In this document: positions 9,488 through 18,135 of the stretch, in pieces
Numbering within the stretch: the stretch's first letter is position 1
How the letters are laid out: each line of letters begins with the position of its first letter
Origin: Candidatus Micrarchaeota archaeon
Lineage (GTDB): Archaea; Micrarchaeota; Micrarchaeia; Micrarchaeales; CABMGC01
Direction of reading: 5' to 3'
DNA length: 64,000 nt
NCBI GenBank assembly: GCA_028867145.1
Contig: JAGWGX010000002.1
Location: 4,633-68,632, forward strand
Made by a program: the position numbers and the translations under genes
The notes under the pieces: generated by a model
Told to the model about the DNA's origin: nothing
The model's database searches: none
The model's input: the letters and a program-made list of their open reading frames with translations, nothing else

Positions 9488-9886
9488 ATGAAGGGATTAT
9501 CATCAAGAGTATCAAAGACGCTCGTTCCAGGGGCAGTGCTTGTCTGCGCGGACAACAGCGGCGCGCTTGAGTTCAGGATGATTCACATCATCGGCAAGGG
9601 CGGAAAGCACGGAAGGATGGCAAGCGCTGGAGTCGGCGACATAATCTCGGCGAGCGTTCGAAGGGGAAATGCTACTTACCTAAAGAAGCCTGTTCGAGTT
9701 GTTGTTATTAGGCAGAGGGACGAGATCAGAAGGAGCGGAAACATGCGTGTTCGATTTGAGGACAATGCAGGAATTATGATTAATGATGAAAACTTGCCAA
9801 TCGGCACAGAGGTCAAGGGCGCGATGGCAAGAGAGGTAGTGGAGCGATTTGTGAAGGTCGCGGGAATCGCCTCAAGGATTGTGTGA
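9488..9886 (+). CDS. rpl14: 50S ribosomal protein L14 (uL14)
   Basis: VLVCADNSGALEF...MRVRFEDNAGIMIN plus operon position. Confidence 0.95.
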   Translation: MKGLSSRVSKTLVPGAVLVCADNSGALEFRMIHIIGKGGKHGRMASAGVGDIISASVRRGNATYLKKPVRVVVIRQRDEIRRSGNMRVRFEDNAGIMINDENLPIGTEVKGAMAREVVERFVKVAGIASRIV

Positions 9887-9891
9887 TTATT

Positions 9892-10281
9892 ATGTTCGTT
9901 CAAAGCAGCAAACCAAGGAAGCAGAGGAAGTTCAGGTTCACTGCGCCTCACCACTTCAGGCAGAGGTTCGTTCACGCTCACATCTCCAAGGATCTCGCAA
10001 AGACTCTCGGAATTAAGAAGAGGACCCTTGCGGTGAGAAAGGGAGACACGGTAAAGGTCATGGCCGGAGCCCAGAAGGGAAAGAGCGGAAAGGTGACAAA
10101 CGTCGACATCATGAAGGGAAGGATCCAGATTGAGGGCGTCGTGAGAAAGAACATGAAGGGAAAGGAGAGATTTATTCCAATCAATACGGCAAACGTGTAT
10201 CTTGTGGAACTTGACACAAGCGACAAATTAAGGCAGGCAAAGATAGAGGAGTTCAAGACGGCAAAGGCAACAACGAAGTGA
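9892..10281 (+). CDS. rpl24: 50S ribosomal protein L24 (uL24)
   Basis: SSKPRKQRKF... with KOW motif RKGDTVKVMAGAQKGKSGKV. ATG 9892 lies 4 nt after GTGAT. The ORF-track GTG at 9883 is an alternative start. Confidence 0.93.
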   Translation: MFVQSSKPRKQRKFRFTAPHHFRQRFVHAHISKDLAKTLGIKKRTLAVRKGDTVKVMAGAQKGKSGKVTNVDIMKGRIQIEGVVRKNMKGKERFIPINTANVYLVELDTSDKLRQAKIEEFKTAKATTK

Positions 10282-10285
10282 TGAT

Positions 10286-10969
10286 ATGGGTTCAAAAGGA
10301 GGAAGCAAGCACATGAAGAGGCTAGCATCGCCAAACTACATGAAGCTTGAGCGAAAGCAGTCAAAGTTCATACTAAAGCCAATGCCGGGAAGGCACACGC
10401 TCGACTCGAGCGTTGCGCTCGCCACATTCCTAATCGAGAAATTGGGAGTCGCAAAGACAGCTGCAGAGGCAAGAAATGCGATAATCAACGGGAAGGTAGA
10501 GATAAACGGAAGAGTCAGGAAGAACCAGAAGTACCCAATCGGGCTTGGAGACGTCGTAAAGCTAATCCCAAGCGACGAGAGCTACCTAATAACCGTAGGA
10601 AAGTACGGAACCTTTGAGGGCAAGAAGCTCGGCAAGGGAGAGGGAAAGAGGACGCTCAAGGTGCTTGGCAAGTACATCATGAAGGGAAAGAAGCAGATGA
10701 TCAGGCTCAACAACGGAAACATAGTTCACTTCGACAAGGAGGTTAGCGTAAATGACTCGGTCATAATTGAGAACAGAAAGATCTCAAAGGTGCTTAGGCT
10801 TGAGAAGGGGGCACACTGCATGGTGATGAAGGGAGTTCACGCCCCAGAGGTGGGAAAGATCTCCGAGATAAAGCAGGGAACGGCGCTAAGGGACACGACA
10901 ATAAAAATTGAGAGCAAAGAGGGTTCGTTTGAGACAATAGTCGACAACATACTCGTAATCGGTGCATAA
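10286..10969 (+). CDS. rps4e: 30S ribosomal protein S4e (eS4)
   Basis: GSKHMKRLASPNYMKLERKQSKFILKPMPGRH, S4-like and KOW regions, operon position. Confidence 0.95.
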   Translation: MGSKGGSKHMKRLASPNYMKLERKQSKFILKPMPGRHTLDSSVALATFLIEKLGVAKTAAEARNAIINGKVEINGRVRKNQKYPIGLGDVVKLIPSDESYLITVGKYGTFEGKKLGKGEGKRTLKVLGKYIMKGKKQMIRLNNGNIVHFDKEVSVNDSVIIENRKISKVLRLEKGAHCMVMKGVHAPEVGKISEIKQGTALRDTTIKIESKEGSFETIVDNILVIGA

Positions 10970-10971
10970 TT

Positions 10972-11490
10972 ATGGCAGATAATCCTATGAGAGAGATAAG
11001 GCTTGAGAAGCTAGTCATCAACATAGGTATTGGATCAAACGACCAGCTGCTAACAAACACAAAGCTGCTGATCACAAAGCTCACGGGCCGAAATGCGGTC
11101 CAGACAACCGCAAAGAAGAGGGACCCATCCCTCAATATCAGAAAGGGACAGGTGATCGGCGCAATGGTGACGCTAAGGAAGGCAGAGGCTGCGGACATGC
11201 TCAAAAGAGCGCTTGACGCAAACAACAACACGATAAAAGAAAGATCAATCAATGACAACTCACTTTCCTTTGGAATAAAGGAGTACATCGACTTTTCAGG
11301 AGTCAAGTACGACCCAAAGATCGGAATGCTCGGGATGAACATCAACGCAAACTTCTCAAGAGTGGGAAGGAGGGTCGAGAGGAGAAGGAGACTCAGGAGC
11401 GTAGAGGATGTAGACCACAAGCAGGTGAAGAAGGAGGAGATAATTGCGTACATTACAAAGCACTTTGGCGCAAAGGTAACAACGGAGTAA
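10972..11490 (+). CDS. rpl5: 50S ribosomal protein L5 (uL5)
   Basis: NPMREIRLEKLVINIGIG...SFGIKEYIDF. Confidence 0.95.
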   Translation: MADNPMREIRLEKLVINIGIGSNDQLLTNTKLLITKLTGRNAVQTTAKKRDPSLNIRKGQVIGAMVTLRKAEAADMLKRALDANNNTIKERSINDNSLSFGIKEYIDFSGVKYDPKIGMLGMNINANFSRVGRRVERRRRLRSVEDVDHKQVKKEEIIAYITKHFGAKVTTE

Positions 11491-11503
11491 ATTTGGCGAT
11501 CAA

Positions 11504-11662
11504 ATGAAAATGCGAAACGAACTAAAGCAAAGGGGCAGGGGCCTGAGAAAGTGCAGAATCTGCGGAGGATCAAGGGCGGTGATTAGGTCATATAGGCTCT
11601 ACATCTGCAGGAGATGCTTTAGGGAGACGGCAAAGAACCTAGGATTTGAAAAACTTTCATAA
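11504..11662 (+). CDS. rps14: 30S ribosomal protein S14 (uS14, zinc-ribbon type)
   Basis: Not in the ORF track because it is only 52 aa. Hand translation gives MKMRNELKQRGRGLRKCRICGGSRAVIRSYRLYICRRCFRETAKNLGFEKLS, with CxxC...CxxC. It fills the expected L5-S8 gap. Confidence 0.88.
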   Translation: MKMRNELKQRGRGLRKCRICGGSRAVIRSYRLYICRRCFRETAKNLGFEKLS

Positions 11663-11672
11663 TGGTATTGAC

Positions 11673-12053
11673 ATGGACTTACTCGCAGACACAATAAACA
11701 CGATAAAGGTGAATGAGAACGCAGGGCTTGGCTCATGCACCATCAACTCCACAAAGCTCATTCGGGCAGTGGTGGAGGTCATGAAGAAGAACGGATACAT
11801 CGAGGGCTTTGAGCCGCTCAAGGAGGGAAGGGCGCTAAAGCTCAAGATCACGCTTGCAAGAAGGATCAACGACGTCGGGATAATCAAGCCAAGGTTCGCG
11901 GTGAATCTGGCTGACTTCCAGAAGTACGAGACAAGGTTCATCCCGAGCAAGGACTTTGGGATCTTGATCCTCTCGACCTCAAAGGGAATAATGACAAACA
12001 GAGAGGCAAAGGAGCACAAGATTGGAGGAAGGTTGCTCGCATATGTTTATTAG
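11673..12053 (+). CDS. rps8: 30S ribosomal protein S8 (uS8)
   Basis: MDLLADTINTIKVNENAG... The ORF-track start at 11646 overlaps the S14 gene, so ATG 11673 is preferred. Confidence 0.92.
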   Translation: MDLLADTINTIKVNENAGLGSCTINSTKLIRAVVEVMKKNGYIEGFEPLKEGRALKLKITLARRINDVGIIKPRFAVNLADFQKYETRFIPSKDFGILILSTSKGIMTNREAKEHKIGGRLLAYVY

Positions 12054-12061
12054 GTAAGATT

Positions 12062-12589
12062 ATGTTCGAAATAGAAATTCCAAGCGGCGTAGAAGCTCAT
12101 GTTCACGACACGAACATGATCACCGTGAAGGGGAAGAGCGGAGGAACCACGAAGTACTTCAACGACAAGTTCGTCACGGTGAAGGTTCACTCCGGAAAGG
12201 TCACAGTAGAGGCAACAAAGGAGAAGAAGCTTGCAAGGAAGGGAAAGCTTGCAGCACAGGCGTTTGCGACAGAGATCAAGAACGCGGTAACCGGAGTTGA
12301 CAAGGGAATCACAAAGAGGCTTCAGATCATTTCCGCTCACTTCCCAATCTCGCTTGAGGTCAAGGGAAAGACGATATTCATCAAGAACATCTTCGGAGAG
12401 AGAATACCAAGGGAGGTAAAGCTTCACGGGGACACAAAGCTTGAGGTTAAGGGACAGGAGGTTAGCGTGAAGGGAGTTGACATCTATGACGTCACCCAGA
12501 CAATCGCGAACATAAAGAAGGGCTGCTATGCGTGCGGGCACGACACAAGGGTGTTCCAGGACGGACTTTACCTTCTAAAGGACGAGTGA
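12062..12589 (+). CDS. rpl6: 50S ribosomal protein L6 (uL6)
   Basis: Two-domain uL6 pattern (IEIPSGVEAHV...ITVKGKSG...VKGQEVSVKGVD), operon position. Confidence 0.93.
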   Translation: MFEIEIPSGVEAHVHDTNMITVKGKSGGTTKYFNDKFVTVKVHSGKVTVEATKEKKLARKGKLAAQAFATEIKNAVTGVDKGITKRLQIISAHFPISLEVKGKTIFIKNIFGERIPREVKLHGDTKLEVKGQEVSVKGVDIYDVTQTIANIKKGCYACGHDTRVFQDGLYLLKDE

Positions 12590-12594
12590 TATTT

Positions 12595-12987
12595 ATGCAA
12601 AAGAAAAAGTGGCATCCAAAGTTTGTAGTACCAGGGTTCGGGACAAGGAACAGGTCCAGGATACCGGATCGATGGAGAAAGCAGAGGGGCACTGACAACA
12701 AGAAGAGAGTTGCGCTCAGCGGATATGGAGCAACACCCCATGTTGGATACAAGAACATGGAAGGAGTTAGGTACATGAGGGCAGATGGAAAAAAGCAGGT
12801 CCTAGTCCACAACGAGAAGGAGATGCAGGGCATCGTCTCGCAAAAGCCGGAGAACACAGTTGTGATTTTCGCTCATGATCTTTCAAAGAGAAAGAGAATA
12901 ATGCTTCAGGCAATCGCCGACAAGGCAAAGATAAGGGTTGCAAACAAGGTGAAGGAAGTAAAGGCTAAGGAATCGGTGAAGAAATGA
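12595..12987 (+). CDS. rpl32e: 50S ribosomal protein L32e (eL32)
   Basis: KKWHPKFVVPGFGTRNRSRIPDRWRKQRGTDNKKR. ATG 12595 lies 4 nt after the GTGAT that contains the L6 stop. Confidence 0.92.
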   Translation: MQKKKWHPKFVVPGFGTRNRSRIPDRWRKQRGTDNKKRVALSGYGATPHVGYKNMEGVRYMRADGKKQVLVHNEKEMQGIVSQKPENTVVIFAHDLSKRKRIMLQAIADKAKIRVANKVKEVKAKESVKK

Positions 12988-13478
12988 CGTTGATATTTGC
13001 AAAAAGAATAGCGGCTCAGGTGCTCAAGAGGGGGGAGAGCGCGATTAGGTTCGCCCCTGGAGCAACCGCAGAGATTGCAAAGGCACTCACAAGGGAGGAC
13101 ATAAAGCAGCTAATCAAGAAAGGAAGCATACTTGCGCTTCCAGCAAAGCACAACCTCAGCGAGAGATCAAAGGTTCTTAGGCAAAAGAGGAAGGAGGGAA
13201 GAAAGAGAGGAGCTGGAAGGAGAAAGGGAACCCTAAAGGCAAGAGGGGGAACCGCAGTATGGGAAAAGAAGGTCAGGTCACAGAGATTATTCTTAAGGGA
13301 GCTTAGAAACGACAAGAAGGTCGACAGCAAGGCTTTCAGGAAGTTCTACCTTCTGGTGAAGGGAAATGCTTTCGTGAGCAAGGCCTCGATGGTCCTCCAC
13401 ATGAAGGAAGAGGGGATTATCGTAAGCGAGGCTGAGGTTAGCAAGATCAACGAGAGGATCAGGAAGACATACGAGTGA
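12984..13478 (+). CDS. rpl19e: 50S ribosomal protein L19e (eL19)
   Basis: AKRIAAQVLKRGESAIRF...RKEGRKRGAGRRKGT. ATGA overlap with the L32e stop. Confidence 0.93.
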   Translation: MTLIFAKRIAAQVLKRGESAIRFAPGATAEIAKALTREDIKQLIKKGSILALPAKHNLSERSKVLRQKRKEGRKRGAGRRKGTLKARGGTAVWEKKVRSQRLFLRELRNDKKVDSKAFRKFYLLVKGNAFVSKASMVLHMKEEGIIVSEAEVSKINERIRKTYE

Positions 13479-13483
13479 TACTT

Positions 13484-14068
13484 ATGGTAAGGCACAACAT
13501 ACAGGAATTAAAATTCAGAAGAAGGCAGGAGTCAAAGACCAACTACGCAAAGAGGCTCGCGCTAGTTAAGGGAAACATCGAGAGGGTCGTCGTAAGAAAG
13601 AGCAACAGAAGGGTCATGGGACAAATTGTCAGATACGCAGAAAAGGGAGACGTGGTTCTCTACAGCGCGGACTCAAATGAGCTAAAGGCGCTAGGGTGGC
13701 CAAGCAGGGGCAACAGGTCGACTTCATACCTTACAGGAATGCTTCTAGTCTCAAAGATAAGCGAGGCTGACAGGAAGAAGGAGTACATACTTGACATTGG
13801 GCTAAGCTCACCGGTCCTGAACTCAATACCATTCGTCTTTGCAAAGGGATGCATAGATGGCGGGCTAAAGCTTAGGGGCAACTTCGAGATAGAGGAGAAG
13901 GTTTACAACGGCTCAATGCTCGCAGAGTACGCAAAGACGCTCAAGGAAAAGGAGCACAAGCTCTACGAGAGGCAGTTTGGCGAGTACATAAAGGAGAAAG
14001 TTAACGTTGAATCTATTCCAAAGCTCTTTGTTGATGCAAAGGAGAAGATAAAGGCAGTAAAGAAGTGA
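13484..14068 (+). CDS. rpl18: 50S ribosomal protein L18 (uL18)
   Basis: FRRRQESKTNYAKRLALVKGNIERVVVRKSNRRVMGQIV. Confidence 0.93.
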   Translation: MVRHNIQELKFRRRQESKTNYAKRLALVKGNIERVVVRKSNRRVMGQIVRYAEKGDVVLYSADSNELKALGWPSRGNRSTSYLTGMLLVSKISEADRKKEYILDIGLSSPVLNSIPFVFAKGCIDGGLKLRGNFEIEEKVYNGSMLAEYAKTLKEKEHKLYERQFGEYIKEKVNVESIPKLFVDAKEKIKAVKK

Positions 14069-14072
14069 TATT

Positions 14073-14738
14073 TTGGCAATGAGATACGAAAGAAGAGAAA
14101 GGGAAGTCATCAAGTTCAATCCAGAGAGCTGGACACCTAGGACGAAGATCGGAGAGATGGTGAAGAACAAGATAATTGTCAACATAGAGCAGATTTTCGA
14201 GGGCGGAAAGCCAATCAAGGAAGTTGAGATAATCGACATGCTCTTCCCGGAGCTTGAGACAAAGGTCCTGGAGGTCGCATCGGTCCAGAGGATGACCAAG
14301 AACAACAGGAAGGGAAAGTACAGGGCAACCGTAGTGGTCGGAGACAGGCACGGGCACATTGGAATCGGATCCGGAAAGGACGTTGAGGTAAAGCCTGCGA
14401 TTGACTCTGCGATAAAGGACGCAAAGAAGAAGATGATTTCTGTTAATTTCGGCTGCGGATCATGGGAGTGCAGCTGCGGGACAAAGCACAGCCTTCCGCT
14501 TCAGGTGAAGGGCAAGTGCGGATCTGTCGAGGTCAAGCTAATTCCAGCCCCAAGGGGAGTCGGAGTGGTGGCAGGAGAGGTCGCAAAGCAGGTTCTTGAC
14601 GTCGCAGGAGTTACGGATGTCTGGAGTTTCTCAAGGGGAAGGACAAGGGATATTTACAACGTTGCGCTTGCAACATACATCGCCCTAAGGGAGATTAGCA
14701 GGCTAAAGAACATCGACAAGCTCAAGATGAGCAACTAA
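14073..14738 (+). CDS. rps5: 30S ribosomal protein S5 (uS5)
   Basis: VQRMTKNNRKGKYRATVVVGDRHGHIGIGSGKD...PAPRGVGVVAG. Start is TTG 14073 or ATG 14079. Confidence 0.94.
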   Translation: MAMRYERREREVIKFNPESWTPRTKIGEMVKNKIIVNIEQIFEGGKPIKEVEIIDMLFPELETKVLEVASVQRMTKNNRKGKYRATVVVGDRHGHIGIGSGKDVEVKPAIDSAIKDAKKKMISVNFGCGSWECSCGTKHSLPLQVKGKCGSVEVKLIPAPRGVGVVAGEVAKQVLDVAGVTDVWSFSRGRTRDIYNVALATYIALREISRLKNIDKLKMSN

Positions 14739-14762
14739 TTTGTTCTTTTTTATTTAATTTTG
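14739..14762 (+). terminator. oligo-T tract after rps5
   Basis: TTTGTTCTTTTTTATTTAATTTTG lies directly after the S5 stop. Archaeal RNAP terminates at oligo-T runs. Confidence 0.4.
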
Positions 14763-14779
14763 TGTTAGCTTAGCAAGGA

Positions 14780-15463
14780 TTACCTAACCGTGGTACCCTT
14801 ATGATCGCCCGTGATTGCCTTTGCAAAGCTCTCGGGAGAGTATCCTGCGAAGCGCACCTCAATCTTTGACTTCTTTACAATCTTGCTTGCGGTTATATCG
14901 AAGATGAAGTTAAGCCCAGGCTGCGGCCTTCCATATTTCCTGGCGAGGGCAAGAAGCTGGTCGTATGAGAGCTTCTCGAATCTCTTTGCGCCTGGCAAAG
15001 TAGGATTCCTGTCGTAAACGTACGCCTCAGAGCTCAGATTTATCAGGAGTTTTGAGCCCACCGCTTCGCACACAAGCGCCGTAACTCCATCTGTGGTGAT
15101 TCCAGGATGAAGACCCCCCATGAAAACAACCCGGCTCTTCTTTCTTGCAACCTTGGCCTCCTTTAAGGTCTCAACAATCTTTGGGTAAACCTTAAGTGAT
15201 TTTGGCGCGAACTCCTTTACCGCAAACGCATTGAGCCTTGTGACAAGTATCCCCACAGAGTCTAGAAATTGATTGCTTAAGCCGCTATGCCTAAGTGAAT
15301 CGATGTACATCCTTGCGGGCTTTCCGCCGCCAACTACGACGACAAATCGGTATTTTTTGTTTCTTTCAAGCACCTTGATGAACTTTTTTACGCTCTTTTT
15401 GTCAATTCCGGAAGAATTAGTCACGCCGCTTCCTCCCAAGGAAACGCAGATTATCTTGTCCAT
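14780..15463 (-). CDS. pyrH: uridylate (UMP) kinase, archaeal type
   Basis: Amino-acid-kinase fold: MDKIICVSLGGSGV...FVVVVGGGKPARMY...VFMGGLHPGITTDG. The ORF-track N-terminal extension to 15529 runs into the 5S promoter and 5S 5' end, so ATG 15463 is preferred. Confidence 0.85.
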   Translation of the reverse strand: MDKIICVSLGGSGVTNSSGIDKKSVKKFIKVLERNKKYRFVVVVGGGKPARMYIDSLRHSGLSNQFLDSVGILVTRLNAFAVKEFAPKSLKVYPKIVETLKEAKVARKKSRVVFMGGLHPGITTDGVTALVCEAVGSKLLINLSSEAYVYDRNPTLPGAKRFEKLSYDQLLALARKYGRPQPGLNFIFDITASKIVKKSKIEVRFAGYSPESFAKAITGDHKGTTVR

Positions 15464-15490
15464 TAAACTGCCCGTGATATTGCTGATTGT

Positions 15491-15504
15491 ATATCTATTT
15501 AAGC
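15491..15504. promoter_or_regulatory. shared TATA-like element between pyrH (minus) and 5S rRNA (plus)
   Basis: ATATCTATTTAAGC lies 20-30 nt upstream of the 5S 5' end (15523) and 28-40 nt upstream of pyrH ATG 15463 on the other strand. Confidence 0.4.
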
Positions 15505-15522
15505 TTTTCCAGACATATAATA

Positions 15523-15639
15523 GTGTCAAACGGCCATAGGGACAGGGAAACGCCCGAACCCATTCCGAACTCGGAAGCTAAGCCTGTTCACGACATGAAA
15601 TACTGCCTTCGGGTGGGAACGCATGTTGCCGTCTGGCAC
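15523..15639 (+). rRNA. rrf: 5S ribosomal RNA (orphan, not linked to 16S/23S)
   Basis: GUGUCAAACGGCCAUAGGG...CCGAACUCGGAAGCUAAGC...GCCGUCUGGCAC. The conserved CCGAAC..GGAAG.UAAGC core is present. The 12-nt 5' and 3' ends pair as helix I with one G-U and one mismatch. Confidence 0.9.
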
Positions 15640-15663
15640 TAAATTTACTCCTTAGCTTGAGCG

Positions 15664-16752
15664 CTACACCGACCTTTGTATGAGGAACTCCGCAAGCTGC
15701 TTGAGCCTATCCTTTGCAGCCGACTGAGGAATCTTCTTGTCGACCGCAGCCCACGCATCCTTCACTATTTTCTCAGCGACATCCTTTGCGTACTCCTTAG
15801 AATTTGTCTTGTCGATTATCGCAATTGCCTCTCGGATTAGTTTTTGGTCAGGGGTGTGCATGTCAAGTATCTCAATTAGCCTATCGCTGTCCTTTTTGTT
15901 TCCCTTCTTTATCGAGTTGATTACCATTATTGTCCTCTTTCCCTCAGTGATGTCCTCCCCGATTCCTCCCTTGCTCACTGAGACAGAGTTCTCAGTTATG
16001 TTTAGAAGATCGTCCTGAATCTGGAATGCAACCCCGATTGCTGCACCGAATCTGCCCATCTCCTCAACCGTCTCTTCGTCTGCGCCCCCGAGCACCGCGC
16101 CAATCTTGCTTGCCATCCTTGCAAGAACTCCCGTCTTGTCAAAGACCATCTGCAAATAGTTCTCCTCGCTTATGCTCCTTGGGTCAACCATGTGCTTGTG
16201 CCATGTGATGTCCGTTGCCTGCCCGATGCTCAGCCTTGTCATCTCCTTTACGAAAATTGAGAGGATCTGGTTCTTCTCCTCTTTTGAGAGCTTTGGGCTG
16301 TCGGTCAGGGCGGCAAGCGGGAAAAAGTACATGAAATCTCCTAGGTTTGTTGCGACGTCAACCCCGTACTTTACGTGCACCGCAGGCTGATTCCTTCGCA
16401 TTGGCGAGTTGTCCTCAATGTCATCGTGAACCAGGGTCCCGTTGTGTATGACCTCCGGGATAAGCGAGAACTCCATGTACTCCTTTGGGTCCTTCCCAAA
16501 CGCCTCGACCATGAGCAAAAGCATTACGGGCCTCCATCTTTTTCCGCCCGCGTTGAATAGGTATATTGAAGGCTCAAGGATTCCCTTCTTTATCGTTTCC
16601 TGGTCGTACTTGTATCCGCTCCTTCCAAGCAGCTTCTCAATGCTCCTGTTTGAGGAAACCATCGTTAGCGACTCGTAGATTATCTTGTTGATCTCATCCG
16701 CCCTGCTTTCCAGGTACTCCTCTATTCCATTTGGCTTGCCGTTGTTTTTCAT
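15664..16752 (-). CDS. idsA: geranylgeranyl diphosphate synthase (trans-polyprenyl synthetase)
   Basis: First and second Asp-rich motifs LVHDDIEDN and FQIQDDLLN. ATG at 16752, with TTG 16770 as an alternative. Confidence 0.88.
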   Translation of the reverse strand: MKNNGKPNGIEEYLESRADEINKIIYESLTMVSSNRSIEKLLGRSGYKYDQETIKKGILEPSIYLFNAGGKRWRPVMLLLMVEAFGKDPKEYMEFSLIPEVIHNGTLVHDDIEDNSPMRRNQPAVHVKYGVDVATNLGDFMYFFPLAALTDSPKLSKEEKNQILSIFVKEMTRLSIGQATDITWHKHMVDPRSISEENYLQMVFDKTGVLARMASKIGAVLGGADEETVEEMGRFGAAIGVAFQIQDDLLNITENSVSVSKGGIGEDITEGKRTIMVINSIKKGNKKDSDRLIEILDMHTPDQKLIREAIAIIDKTNSKEYAKDVAEKIVKDAWAAVDKKIPQSAAKDRLKQLAEFLIQRSV

Positions 16753-16893
16753 TGAATCGCAGTTGCGCAAAAACGCGTCAGTTTAGTTTAGATTCTATGT
16801 TTAAAAGCCTTTTTATGTATTCGTCAAGCCTGCTTTTTGAAGAGAACGATTGTGCACAGAAACAATAAATAGGCGGAAGCTGACTTTTTTATT

Positions 16894-17190
16894 ATGAAGG
16901 TGGCACAGGAGTATGAATTGGTGAAGAGCCAGATAATTGAGCTCGGAAAGGACAGGATCTGGTCGGTTGGCGAGCTTGTGGCGAAGATAAAAAGGCCCTC
17001 AATTCTAGAAAAGCTATACGATGAAGTGGTTTTGGGGGAGAAGCACTATCACATCCAGAGCGCAGTTATGACTAAGCACTCGCCCGTGCGGCTGCTTGAA
17101 AAGGGAATTCAAAACGAGAGCCCTGTTGTCAAGGATGCTGCAAAGGCAGAGCTAGTTCGAAGATTCAAAAGAGAGTTTAGAATAAGTTAA
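16894..17190 (+). CDS. hypothetical protein
   Basis: 98-aa helical-looking ORF that overlaps the L11 stop by 4 nt in convergent orientation. No family recognised. Confidence 0.4.
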   Translation: MKVAQEYELVKSQIIELGKDRIWSVGELVAKIKRPSILEKLYDEVVLGEKHYHIQSAVMTKHSPVRLLEKGIQNESPVVKDAAKAELVRRFKREFRIS

Positions 17191-17654
17191 ACCTTTATCT
17201 CTCCGGAGTTGATCTTTGCGATCATCTCCATTGCGCCCACTCCTTCGCAGGTTATGTTCATGCTCTTGCATGTCCCAAGCACCTGCTTGACCTTGTCGGC
17301 CATTGTGTTGCCGTATAGCTGGGCGTCTTTTGCCTTTGCGACGTTCTTCACCTGCTCGATTGTTATGTTGCCCACGACCTCCTCCTTGTTCTTGGCACCC
17401 TTTGGTATTCCAAGCTCCTTTAGGATGAGAGCGCTTGTTGATGGCGAACCAACATCTACGGTGAATGCCTTTGTGGATGGGTTTACGGTGACCTTAACCG
17501 CAATCTTCATTCCCTCAAATGCCTTTGTCTTCGCATTGATCTCCGCGATTATGCCCGAGACGTTAACTCCGAGCGGACCTAGCGCTGGACCAAACGGTGG
17601 CCCTCCCGTCGCCTTTCCGCCTTCTATCAAACCGTTTATTACTACATCTGCCAT
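17187..17654 (-). CDS. rpl11: 50S ribosomal protein L11 (uL11)
   Basis: GGKATGGPPFGPALGPLGVNV...KVTVNPSTKAFTV. Confidence 0.95.
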   Translation of the reverse strand: MADVVINGLIEGGKATGGPPFGPALGPLGVNVSGIIAEINAKTKAFEGMKIAVKVTVNPSTKAFTVDVGSPSTSALILKELGIPKGAKNKEEVVGNITIEQVKNVAKAKDAQLYGNTMADKVKQVLGTCKSMNITCEGVGAMEMIAKINSGEIKV

Positions 17655-17657
17655 TTT

Positions 17658-18104
17658 CTACACCTTTTCTGCTTTTTGAATCACTCTTGCTATGCTGGAC
17701 TTTGTTGTTACAGGTATTGGCACCGCAACGTCCATTAGCTCTACTGTAATTTCATCTTTTGTCGAGTCAACCTTTATTACCTTTGCCTTGTATCCCTTGA
17801 ATGGGCCCGAAAGGAACTCAACCGTGTCGTTTATTCCGACCTCAATCACGTTGCGCTTTACCTCAAGCATCTTGTCGAGCTCCTGCTCGGAGAGAGGCTT
17901 TGGAAGCATTCCCTTCACGTGAGGCTCGTTCATTATGAGCTCTCTTGTTGCGACCTCGTTCTCGGCCTCGATTATAAGATAGCCCCGCATCCCCTCGACC
18001 AAAACGATCGAGCTGATCGGAAGGCTTGACTTGGACACCTTGTACTCAAGTATGTCCGCGGTTATCTTCTCCTGGCTTGACGTTACTCTTACAACGAAAT
18101 ACAA
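17658..18104 (-). CDS. spt5: transcription elongation factor Spt5 (NusG)
   Basis: NGN domain (YFVVRVTSSQEK...YLIIEA) plus KOW (VEFLSGPFKGYKAKVIKVD). Immediately upstream of L11, as in other archaea. Confidence 0.9.
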   Translation of the reverse strand: MYFVVRVTSSQEKITADILEYKVSKSSLPISSIVLVEGMRGYLIIEAENEVATRELIMNEPHVKGMLPKPLSEQELDKMLEVKRNVIEVGINDTVEFLSGPFKGYKAKVIKVDSTKDEITVELMDVAVPIPVTTKSSIARVIQKAEKV

Positions 18105-18117
18105 TTCATCACTCCTC

Positions 18118-18135
18118 TTTAAGCTTAAATATTTT
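18118..18135. promoter_or_regulatory. bidirectional TATA-like element between spt5 and trm5
   Basis: TTTAAGCTTAAATATTTT is centred in the 50-nt gap. It lies about 20-30 nt from both start codons (18104 minus, 18155 plus), which implies near-leaderless transcripts. Confidence 0.4.

Noticed and set aside
10794-11573. 259-aa minus-strand ORF covering the S4e 3' end, L5 and the S14 start
   Set aside because: It is antisense to three strongly conserved ribosomal protein genes. Its translation is low-complexity (Ser/Leu/Phe-rich) with no motif, a typical shadow ORF of a biased coding strand.
15464-15529. N-terminal extension of the pyrH ORF
   Set aside because: It would run through the 5S promoter region and overlap the first bases of the 5S rRNA. 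The conserved kinase N-terminus (MDKIICVSLGGSG) starts at 15463.
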